From: Armatimonadota bacterium
Lineage (GTDB): Bacteria; Armatimonadota; SYMT01
Assembly (NCBI GenBank): GCA_046292385.1
Contig: JBKBRF010000049.1
Location: 1 to 49,902 of the forward strand
Direction of reading: 5' to 3'
DNA length: 49,902 nucleotides
Position 1 is the stretch's first letter. Each line of letters starts with the position of its first letter. Below the pieces are notes generated by a model that had not been told where the DNA came from, ran no database searches, and was given only the letters and a program-made list of their open reading frames with translations. Positions 36,450-44,148 of this stretch are shown here, piece after piece. Made by a program: the position numbers and the translations under genes.

Positions 36450-37823
36450 TTACCCCCGCAGGCCGGGGATGCCTTCCGAGGAGTCTTTCACGATGCCGGC
36501 CTGGCGCAGGGTGACCGGCACGTCGAGACCGCACATCTCGTAGACGGAGTTGACCAGCTCCTGCGGCCCGAACTTCCCGGAGACCACCTCTTGACCGTTG
36601 GCGCTGGTGGCGCCCAGCACGCGACCGCCCGGCAGGCCGGCGCCCGCCATCAGGATGGTGAAGGCCGGCGGCCAGTGCTCTCGCCCGCCGTCCGCGTTCA
36701 CGCCCGCGGCGCGTCCGAATTCGGTCAGCACGATCACCAGCGTCCGCTTGAGCAGACCGCGGTCGTGCATGTCCGCGAAGAGGGTCGACATTCCCTGGTC
36801 GAGCCGCGGGAGCTGCCGCCGCAGCCATGGGAAGTGTCCGAAGTGGGAGTCGAAGCTGCTGCGCGTGAAGAGGTCGTCCTTCTTGGTAATCGCGTCCCAG
36901 CCGCGGGCGGACCAGTTCACCTGCACGTAGCGCACCCCCGCCTCCAGCAGGCGGCGGCCGAGGAGGCAGCTCTGCCCCCACTCGTGCATCCCGTACTTCT
37001 CCCGCAGCGCGACCGGCTCTTCTTCCACCCGGAAGGCCCGCTTCGCCTCGGCGGAGGTGACCACCGCGAAGGCGCGCTCGTACGCCGTGTCGTGCGCCAC
37101 GATGCCGGAGTGCTCCACGGAGCGCTGGAAGCGATCGAGCGAGCGCATCAACTGGTGGCGCCGGTCGAGCCGCTCCGGGATCACCGCCGCCTCGCCGCGG
37201 ATCCAGTCGAGCCGGTCCAGCTTGTCGACGTCCTGCACCATGAACGGGTTGAACCCCGCGCCCATGAAGCCGGCGCCGATGCCGCGCTGCTCCGGCGGCG
37301 CGGGCGGGGCCATCGGATTGCCGAGCCCGGGCGCCTGCACGTGGATGGCGCTCGGCAGCGGCGGCGTGCCGGGCCGGTAGCGCGCCAGGACCGTCCCCAT
37401 GTTGGGGTAGATCATATTCCCCTGCGGCGGCTGCCCGGTCAGCACCGTCTGCATCGCGTTGTCGTGCTCGTCCTGGTTGTGACTGGCGCCGCGCAGGATC
37501 GTCAGCTTGTCCGCCTGCTTCGCCAGTCCCGGCATGAGCTCGCACATCTGGATGCCGTCGACGTTGGTGTTGATCGGCTTGAACTCGCCGCGCGTCTCCG
37601 GCGTGGGGCCGTCCGGCTTCATGTCCCAGGTGTCGAGGTGCGCCACGCCGCCCCGCAGGAAGAGCATCAGGACGGAAAGGTCTTCCGGCCGCGCGCCCGC
37701 CTCCGCGGCGGCCAGGGTCCGCGGGAGCGAGAGTCCCAGTCCCCCGAGAGCTCCCACGCGGAGCACCTCTCGCCGGGAGATCCCGGAGCAGGTCTGAACG
37801 GGCAGTGAGCCGAGCTTGAGCAT
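36450..37823 (-). CDS. DUF1501-family protein with Tat-like signal
   Basis: SRREVLRVG, LFLRGGVAHLDTWDMKP, SCLLGRRLLEAGVRYV, TEFGR, GGREHWP. Confidence 0.9.
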   Translation of the reverse strand: MLKLGSLPVQTCSGISRREVLRVGALGGLGLSLPRTLAAAEAGARPEDLSVLMLFLRGGVAHLDTWDMKPDGPTPETRGEFKPINTNVDGIQMCELMPGLAKQADKLTILRGASHNQDEHDNAMQTVLTGQPPQGNMIYPNMGTVLARYRPGTPPLPSAIHVQAPGLGNPMAPPAPPEQRGIGAGFMGAGFNPFMVQDVDKLDRLDWIRGEAAVIPERLDRRHQLMRSLDRFQRSVEHSGIVAHDTAYERAFAVVTSAEAKRAFRVEEEPVALREKYGMHEWGQSCLLGRRLLEAGVRYVQVNWSARGWDAITKKDDLFTRSSFDSHFGHFPWLRRQLPRLDQGMSTLFADMHDRGLLKRTLVIVLTEFGRAAGVNADGGREHWPPAFTILMAGAGLPGGRVLGATSANGQEVVSGKFGPQELVNSVYEMCGLDVPVTLRQAGIVKDSSEGIPGLRG

Positions 37824-38042
37824 GACGGTTTCGAACCTTCGACGCAGGCCAACTAGGTGGTATGATACCGGATCCGCGTAACAGTTTCGCCACATGCGGC
37901 GCGATCCGGCGCCGACGAGGAGCGCCTCCACACCCGAGACTTGAAAGGGCATGCGCGGCCGGACCTCGAAATAGCGTTCTGGTAATCGGATCGACCCGAG
38001 GATCCCGCCGCCTTCCGCAGCGCCGGGACGCCGGAGCAGACG

Positions 38043-40667
38043 ATGGCTCGCCGCTCGCCCGAGAATCGAAATTCCGCGTCTCGCTCCCGCCGGCCCCGCA
38101 CCGGCGCGGCAGCGGGGGCGGCGCTGCTGGCGATCACCCTCGCCGGGGCGTGCGCCGGCCTGGCCGCGCCGGGGAGCGAAGGCGTCGATCTCTCCCGGAT
38201 TCCGCCCGCCGCGGCGCGGAAGGTCGACTTCGTCCGCGACATCCGCCCGATCCTCAACGCGAAATGCGTCGCCTGCCACGGCCCGGCCAAGCTGATGGGC
38301 GGGCTCCGGCTCCACAACCGGGCCGACGCGCTGGCCGGCGGCGACAGCGGCGCGGCGATTGTGCCGGGGAAGGGCGCGGAGAGCCGGCTGGTCCACTACG
38401 TCGCCGGCGCGGTCGACGGCAAGCTGATGCCTCCCGCGGGCGAGCGGCTGTCGGCGGAGCAGGTGGGGCTGCTGCGCGCCTGGATCGACCAGGGTGCCGA
38501 ATGGCCCGCCTCGGCCGACGCGGAGACGCCCCGCAACCCGCACTGGGCGTTCCAGCCGGTAAAGCGCCCCGCCGTTCCCGCGGTGAAGCGAAAAGGGTGG
38601 GTAACGAACCCGATCGACGCCTTCGTCCTCGCCCGGCTGGAGCAGCGCGGCCTCCGTCCCTCGACGCCCGCCGATCGCGTCACCCTGCTCCGCCGGGTGA
38701 GCCTCGACCTGACCGGCATCCCGCCGACCCCGGAAGAGGTCGACGCCTTCGTGAACGACCGCCGTCCCGGCGCGTACGAGCGGGTGGTCGACCGTCTCCT
38801 CGCCAGCCCGCATTACGGAGAGCGGTGGGGCCGTCACTGGCTCGACCTCGCCCGCTATGCGGACAGCAACGGCTACACCATCGACAGCCCGCGCCAGATG
38901 TGGCCCTACCGGGACTGGGTGATCCGCGCGCTGAACGACGACATGCCGTTCGACCGGTTCACCGTGGAGCAACTCGCGGGCGATCTGCTGCCGAACGCCG
39001 GCGAGTCCCAGAAGATCGCCACCGGCTTCCACCGCAACACGCTCATCAACGAGGAAGGCGGCACCGACCCGGAGCAGTTCCGGGTAGAGGCGGTCGTCGA
39101 CCGCGCCAACACCACCGGCGCGGTCTGGCTCGGGCTCACCGTCGGCTGCGCGCAGTGCCATACGCACAAGTTCGATCCGATCACCCAGAAGGAGTACTAC
39201 CGGCTCTTCGCCTTCTTCAACACGCAGGACGAGCCGACCCTCGCCTTCCCCACCCCGGAGCAGATGCGGAAGCAGTCCGAGCTGAGGGCGGCCCTAGCGG
39301 CGGCGCAGCGGGAGCTGACCGCCTACGAAAAGGCGCACCCGCAGGGGGAGAACGATCCGGAGCGGCTCCAACTGGCGCGGCGGGTGAACGACCTGAAGCG
39401 GGAGGAGAAGGAGCTGGCGGGCGAGATCCCGACCGCGATGGTCCTCGCCGAGCGGAAGCAGCCGCGCGAGACGTTCGTCCACCTCCGGGGCGACTTCTTG
39501 CGGAAGGGACAGCCGGTCCAGCCCGGCGTCCCCTCCGTGCTTTCGGCGCTCCAGGTCGATTCTCCCCGCCCGGCAAACCGGCTCGACCTCGCCCGGTGGC
39601 TCGTCTCCCCGGAGAACCCGCTCACGTCCCGCGTGACCGTGAACCGGGTGTGGATGCGCTACTTCGGCACCGGCTTGGTGGAGACCGAAAATGACTTCGG
39701 GCTCCAGGGCACCCCGCCCACGCACCCGGAGCTTCTCGACTACCTCGCCTCTGTCTTCGCGACAGCGGGTACTTCTCACGTAGACGACGGAGAGACTGTA
39801 GAGACAGAGGGACGGAGAGACAGAGGGAAAGAGGGAGTCCGAACCGCCGCTTACCGAGAAGCGCAGCCTGCCACGCGGGCACAGCTCTCTTCGTCTCTCC
39901 GTCCCTCTGTCTCTCCGTCACGTGGATTGGGCTGGTCGCTCAAGGCGCTTCACCGGCTCATCGTCACCAGCAGCACCTACCGGCAGGCGTCGCACGCGCG
40001 GGAGGACCTGGCGGCGAAGGATCCGCAGAACCGGCTGCTGGGGCGGCAGAACCGGCTGCGGCTCGACGCGGAGATCATCCGCGACTCCGCCCTCGCGGCC
40101 AGCGGCCTCCTCTCGCGCAAGATCGGCGGGCCCAGCGTCTTCCCGCCGCAGCCCGCCGGCACCGACGGGTTGACCCAGGTGAAGCGGAAGTGGACCGTCA
40201 GCAAAGGGGAGGACCGGTACCGCCGGGGGATGTACACCTGGCACTGGCGCTCCAACCAGTACGCCCTCTTCGCCACCTTCGACGCGCCGAACGGGAACAC
40301 CGCCTGCACGCGGCGGATGCGGTCCAACACGCCCACCCAGGCGCTAATGCTGGCGAACGACGAGGCGTTCGTCGAGATGGCGCAGGCGCTGGCAGCCCGC
40401 ACCCTGCGAGAGGCCCCGGCCACCGAGGACGCGCGGCTCCGCTACGCCTTCCGCCGCTGCCTCTCCCGCGAGCCACTGCCCGAAGAGCTGCAGCGGCTAA
40501 TCCGCTTCCTGCGGCTGCAGGTGCTCCGCTTCCGCGGGGCTCCCGGGGATGCAGAAGCCGCCGCCCCGAAGGACCGCCCGGAAGAAATGGATACGCCCAC
40601 CGCCGCCGCCTGGACCGCCGTAGCACGCGTGCTGCTCAACCTGGATGAATTCGTTACCCGAGAGTAG
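38043..40667 (+). CDS. Planctomycete cytochrome C (PSCyt1) + DUF1549 + DUF1553 protein
   Basis: CVACHG, NPIDAFV, YGERWGRHWLDLARYADS, CAQCHTHKFDPI, HPELLDYLA, RLDAEIIRD, LLNLDEFVTRE. Confidence 0.93.
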   Translation: MARRSPENRNSASRSRRPRTGAAAGAALLAITLAGACAGLAAPGSEGVDLSRIPPAAARKVDFVRDIRPILNAKCVACHGPAKLMGGLRLHNRADALAGGDSGAAIVPGKGAESRLVHYVAGAVDGKLMPPAGERLSAEQVGLLRAWIDQGAEWPASADAETPRNPHWAFQPVKRPAVPAVKRKGWVTNPIDAFVLARLEQRGLRPSTPADRVTLLRRVSLDLTGIPPTPEEVDAFVNDRRPGAYERVVDRLLASPHYGERWGRHWLDLARYADSNGYTIDSPRQMWPYRDWVIRALNDDMPFDRFTVEQLAGDLLPNAGESQKIATGFHRNTLINEEGGTDPEQFRVEAVVDRANTTGAVWLGLTVGCAQCHTHKFDPITQKEYYRLFAFFNTQDEPTLAFPTPEQMRKQSELRAALAAAQRELTAYEKAHPQGENDPERLQLARRVNDLKREEKELAGEIPTAMVLAERKQPRETFVHLRGDFLRKGQPVQPGVPSVLSALQVDSPRPANRLDLARWLVSPENPLTSRVTVNRVWMRYFGTGLVETENDFGLQGTPPTHPELLDYLASVFATAGTSHVDDGETVETEGRRDRGKEGVRTAAYREAQPATRAQLSSSLRPSVSPSRGLGWSLKALHRLIVTSSTYRQASHAREDLAAKDPQNRLLGRQNRLRLDAEIIRDSALAASGLLSRKIGGPSVFPPQPAGTDGLTQVKRKWTVSKGEDRYRRGMYTWHWRSNQYALFATFDAPNGNTACTRRMRSNTPTQALMLANDEAFVEMAQALAARTLREAPATEDARLRYAFRRCLSREPLPEELQRLIRFLRLQVLRFRGAPGDAEAAAPKDRPEEMDTPTAAAWTAVARVLLNLDEFVTRE
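39776..39924. repeat. Octamer-armed inverted repeat inside the DUF1553 coding frame
   Basis: Purine arm (GAC[AG]GAG[AG])n at 39786-39837 versus pyrimidine arm at 39885-39919. Confidence 0.85.
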
Positions 40668-41194
40668 GGGGTAGCGTTTAGGGTGTAGCGTGTAGGCGTC
40701 CCGAATGACTTTCCAAGCTCAAATGCCGGCACCTTCGGTGGTAGAAACCGTTCGGATGGAGCGATCGATAACCGCGATGCAAACGGAGAGCTATCGGGAC
40801 CTGAAGGTGTGGCAGAAGGGGATGGATCTTGCGGTCGCCAGTTATCAGCTCACGCGAAACTTCCCGCGGGAAGAGCAATTCAGCCTCACGAGCCAGATTC
40901 GTCGAGCGGCGGCTTCGATTCCCGCCAATATTGCGGAGGGATACGGAAGAGGACACCGGCCGGAGTACACACAGTTCCTGCACATTGCTCAGGGCAGCCT
41001 GAAGGAGCTGGAGACGTTACTGCTCTTGAGCGGACGCGTGGAGGTTTCTAGTAAAGATCACCTGACGCCGGCGCTGGAGCTGTGTGACGAAGTCGGAAGA
41101 ATGCTTCGAACCATGATCCGCGGCTTGAACAGCCGTTAGCCGCCATGCACCCCCTACCGGTCATCTACACGCTACACCCTAACCGCTACACCCT
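40666..41194. mobile_element. Putative cassette: four-helix-bundle gene flanked by a 30-bp heptameric inverted repeat
   Basis: Arms 40666-40695 and 41165-41194 match 28/30 as reverse complements; interior less GC-biased; mobility is inferred. Confidence 0.55.
40777..41139 (+). CDS. Four-helix-bundle protein (23S rRNA intervening-sequence protein / Avd-like family)
   Basis: SYRDLKVWQKGMDL, FPREEQFSLTSQIRRAAASIPANIAEGYGR, FLHIAQGSLKELET; alternative ATG at 40756 or 40705. Confidence 0.92.
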   Translation: MQTESYRDLKVWQKGMDLAVASYQLTRNFPREEQFSLTSQIRRAAASIPANIAEGYGRGHRPEYTQFLHIAQGSLKELETLLLLSGRVEVSSKDHLTPALELCDEVGRMLRTMIRGLNSR

Positions 41195-41233
41195 CTGCCA
41201 GCCGTGTCACACCACAGCCTGGGAGAACGACTG

Positions 41234-42691
41234 ATGTCTCGCGATAGTCAATCTCGCCTGCTGCAGGTCACTCGACGCCATCTCTTTCAGCAGTGCGGCG
41301 TGGGGCTCGGCTCCATCGCCCTGTCTCAACTGGTGGCGGAGGAGGCGGGGGCGGCACCGGCGAAGTCGCGAGCCGCGCGTCCGGCCCCGGAGCCGCTGGC
41401 GCCGAAGCAGACCCATTTTCCCGCCAGGGCGAAGCGGGTGATCTACCTGCACATGGCCGGCGGACCGAGCCAGCTCGACCTCTTCGATCCGAAGCCGAAG
41501 CTCCGGGAGCTGCACGGCCAGGTGACGCCGAAGTCGCTGCTGGAGGGGAAGCGGTTCGCGTTCCTGAAGCCGGACGCGAAGCTGCTCGGCAGCCCTCGCG
41601 AGTTCAAGCGGTACGGCCGGTGCGGCGCCGAGGTCAGCGACCTGCTCCCCCACCTGGCCGGGATCGTGGACGACCTCTGTATCGTCCGCACGATGGCGAC
41701 CGACGTCTTCAACCACGGCCCCGCGAAGATGTTCATCCAGAGCGGCGCGCCGCAGCCCGGCCGCCCCGCCATCGGCTCCTGGCTCACCTACGGGATCGGC
41801 AGCGAGTCGCGGGACCTGCCCGGCTTCGTCGTGCTGCAGTCCGGTCCCCGCGGTCCCCGCGGCGGCGCGGTGCTCTGGAGCAGCGGCTTCCTGCCGACCA
41901 CCTACCAGGGCGTGCCGTTCCTGCCGGGCGCCACGCCGATCGTCGACCTCGCCAGCCCGCGCGGCTTCAACCCGACCCGCCAGCGCGACTTCATCGACGC
42001 CCTGGGCGACCTGAACCGGACCCGTCTCCGCACGATCGGCGATCCGGAGATCGCCACCCGCATCGCGGCGTACGAGATGGCCTACCGGATGCAGCTCAGC
42101 GCGCCGGAGCTGATGGACCTCCGCCAAGAGGACCCGAAGACGCTGGAGAGCTACGGCGCCCAGCCCGGCAAGCACTCGTTCGCCAACAACTGCCTCCTCG
42201 CCCGGCGCCTCGTGGAGCGGGGCGTGCGCTTCGTCCAGCTCTACCACACCGATTGGGACCACCACGGCGGGCCGAACATGGACCTGGAGACCCACTTCCC
42301 CACCATCTGCCGGGAGGTGGACCAGCCGTGCGCCGCGCTGGTGCGGGACCTGAAGCAGCGCGGCCTGCTGGACGACACGATCGTGATCTGGGGCGGCGAG
42401 TTCGGACGTACGCCCATGGGCGAGGCGCGGGAGACGACCGGGCGCGACCACCACATCGAGGCGTTCACCATGTGGATGGCGGGCGGCGGCTTCAAGGCGG
42501 GAGCAGTGATCGGCTCCACCGACGAGCTCGGCTACAACCCGGTCGACGAGCGCGTCCACGTGCACGACCTGCACGCCACGCTGCTGCACCTGCTGGGGCT
42601 GGACCACAAGCGGCTCACCTACCGCTTCCAGGGGCGAGACTTCCGGCTCACCGACGTGCACGGCAACGTAGTGCAGAAGCTGCTCGCCTAG
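41234..42691 (+). CDS. DUF1501-family protein
   Basis: TRRHLF, KRVIYLHMAGGPSQLDLFDPKP, CLLARRLVERGVRFVQ, WGGEFGRTP, GRDFRLTDVHG; GGGAGA RBS. Confidence 0.92.
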   Translation: MSRDSQSRLLQVTRRHLFQQCGVGLGSIALSQLVAEEAGAAPAKSRAARPAPEPLAPKQTHFPARAKRVIYLHMAGGPSQLDLFDPKPKLRELHGQVTPKSLLEGKRFAFLKPDAKLLGSPREFKRYGRCGAEVSDLLPHLAGIVDDLCIVRTMATDVFNHGPAKMFIQSGAPQPGRPAIGSWLTYGIGSESRDLPGFVVLQSGPRGPRGGAVLWSSGFLPTTYQGVPFLPGATPIVDLASPRGFNPTRQRDFIDALGDLNRTRLRTIGDPEIATRIAAYEMAYRMQLSAPELMDLRQEDPKTLESYGAQPGKHSFANNCLLARRLVERGVRFVQLYHTDWDHHGGPNMDLETHFPTICREVDQPCAALVRDLKQRGLLDDTIVIWGGEFGRTPMGEARETTGRDHHIEAFTMWMAGGGFKAGAVIGSTDELGYNPVDERVHVHDLHATLLHLLGLDHKRLTYRFQGRDFRLTDVHGNVVQKLLA

Positions 42692-42695
42692 CCTC

Positions 42696-42742
42696 CGGAG
42701 ACGGAGAGACAGAGCGACGGAGAGACAGAGTGAAGGAGAGAC
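42696..42742 (-). repeat. Octamer array (GAGACGGA/GAGACAGA)n, opposite orientation to the arrays at 12.1, 18.5 and 49.7 kb
   Basis: Visible 8-nt periodicity right after the DUF1501 stop. Confidence 0.75.
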
Positions 42743-42767
42743 CGGGGACCTCGTGCGCGGTCGGTTT

Positions 42768-42875
42768 CCTTTAGCCCCCGTTCGGGGGGGGTGAACCTTT
42801 AGCCTTTAGCCCCCCGTTCGGGGGTGAACCTTTAGCCTTTTGACTTTTGACTTTTGACTTTTGACTTTTGACTTT
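42768..42875. repeat. Heptamer array (CCTTTAG/ACTTTTG)n interrupted twice by a mini-hairpin
   Basis: CCTTTAG-[CCCCCGTTCGGGGG..TGAA]-CCTTTAG twice, then CCTTTTG and (ACTTTTG)4. Confidence 0.85.
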
Positions 42876-42896
42876 AAGTAGATGGAATCGACAAGC

Positions 42897-43898
42897 ATGG
42901 CGGACGTGATCCTGACCGGACTGGCGGACGAGGGACCGGTTTCCAAGCGGGCGGAAGAGCAGCTCGCGATAACGCGGGCGCTCGGGCTCTCCTACTACAG
43001 CCTGCGCTTCGTCGACGTGGGGGGCGGCGTGAAGAACGCGATGCAGCTCACGCCGGACGAGGTGGCGCGCCTCCGCAAGCTGCACGAGGAGTACGAGGTG
43101 CGGGTCTCGTCCCTCGCGTCCCCGATCGGCAAGGTGAAGCTGCTCGACGCGGACGACGGCACCGCCAACCGCTTCGTGCCGTTCCAGCAGTACCTGGAGA
43201 CGGAGGTCGCCCGTGCCATCGAGCTGGCCACCGCGTTCGGCACGCGCCTGATCCGCGGCTTCTCGTTCTACCCGCCGAAGGAAGACGATCCGTGGAAGCA
43301 CGTGCCCCTGGCCGCGGAGCAGCTCCGCGCCATCGCGGAGGCATGTGCGGCGACCGACCTCTACTTCGGGCTGGAGGTGGAGGCGAACCTGGTCGGCCGG
43401 AACGGGGAGCTGGAGGCGGCGCTCTGGGAGGCGGTGGCGCACCCGAACCTGGGGCTCGTCTTCGACGGCGGGAACCTGGTCTGCCAGGGTTACACCACGG
43501 AGCAGGTGTTCCAGCAGTACCAGGCGATGAAGCCGGGCCTGATGTGGCTGCACGTCAAGGACTACCGCGATCCGGAGGCGGCCGGAGACGGGCGGGTCGT
43601 CGGTCACGTGGCGGAAGACGCGCTGAAGCACTTCGTCCCCGCGGACCAGGGCGACTCCGGCCACGACCGGATCTTCGCCGACCTGAAGGCGGAGCTGCCC
43701 GCGCTGAAGGGACGCCTGCAGGCGCGCGGCATCCCCGGCGTCTTCGTCGACCTGGAGCCGCACGTGAAGGGCGGGGGCCAGTTCGGCGGCTTCAGCGGAC
43801 CCGACGGCTATGGCGTCGCCCTTCGCGCGCTCTGCCGCGTGCTGGATGGAGCCGCGGTGAGCTACCATCTCACCAGCTTCGAAGAGCTGCGCCGCTAG
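42897..43898 (+). CDS. Sugar phosphate isomerase/epimerase (xylose-isomerase-like TIM barrel)
   Basis: GLADE, SPIGK, IRGFSFY, GLEVE, VFDGGN, LHVKD, LEPH; ATG 42882 also possible. Confidence 0.85.
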   Translation: MADVILTGLADEGPVSKRAEEQLAITRALGLSYYSLRFVDVGGGVKNAMQLTPDEVARLRKLHEEYEVRVSSLASPIGKVKLLDADDGTANRFVPFQQYLETEVARAIELATAFGTRLIRGFSFYPPKEDDPWKHVPLAAEQLRAIAEACAATDLYFGLEVEANLVGRNGELEAALWEAVAHPNLGLVFDGGNLVCQGYTTEQVFQQYQAMKPGLMWLHVKDYRDPEAAGDGRVVGHVAEDALKHFVPADQGDSGHDRIFADLKAELPALKGRLQARGIPGVFVDLEPHVKGGGQFGGFSGPDGYGVALRALCRVLDGAAVSYHLTSFEELRR

Positions 43899-43908
43899 GG
43901 AACGCATA

Positions 43909-44129
43909 TCACCGCAGAGACATACACAACGCAGAGAGAACCCGAACCTGAATTGAACCGCCAAGAGCGCAAAGGACGCAAAGAGGGACCGGAAGAGACA
44001 AACCCCGGGGTCGCTGTACGGGGCTCGAGACGCGCAGCAGGCCCATCCCTCTTGGCGAGCTTGGCGCTCTTGGCGGTAAAGGCTGGTTCCCTCAGCGCTC
44101 TCTGCGTCTCTGCGGTGAATCAGGTTCGG
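43909..44129. repeat. Nested inverted repeats with 9-mer-periodic arms
   Basis: Outer 43909-43942 / 44085-44118; inner 43957-43988 / 44046-44077. Confidence 0.85.
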
Positions 44130-44148
44130 AATCCAGGAGGTAGAGACC

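Noticed and set aside
3887..39167. Long N-terminal extensions in the ORF track for nagZ (to 6004), bioW (to 31643) and DUF1501 (to 39167)
   Set aside because: The extensions overlap other well-supported genes; family motifs and GTGA coupling or signal peptides place the starts at 4981, 30974 and 37823.
39776..39923. TCACGT as a target-site duplication for the in-frame insert
   Set aside because: The 142-nt spacing is not a multiple of three, so precise removal would break the frame.
40705..41139. Diversity-generating retroelement or 23S rRNA intervening sequence
   Set aside because: No reverse transcriptase, no TR/VR pair and no rRNA sequence around the gene in this window.
42768..42875. 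Possible mini CRISPR array
   Set aside because: Repeats are only 7 nt, the two inserts are near-identical rather than unique spacers, and there are no cas1/cas2 genes.
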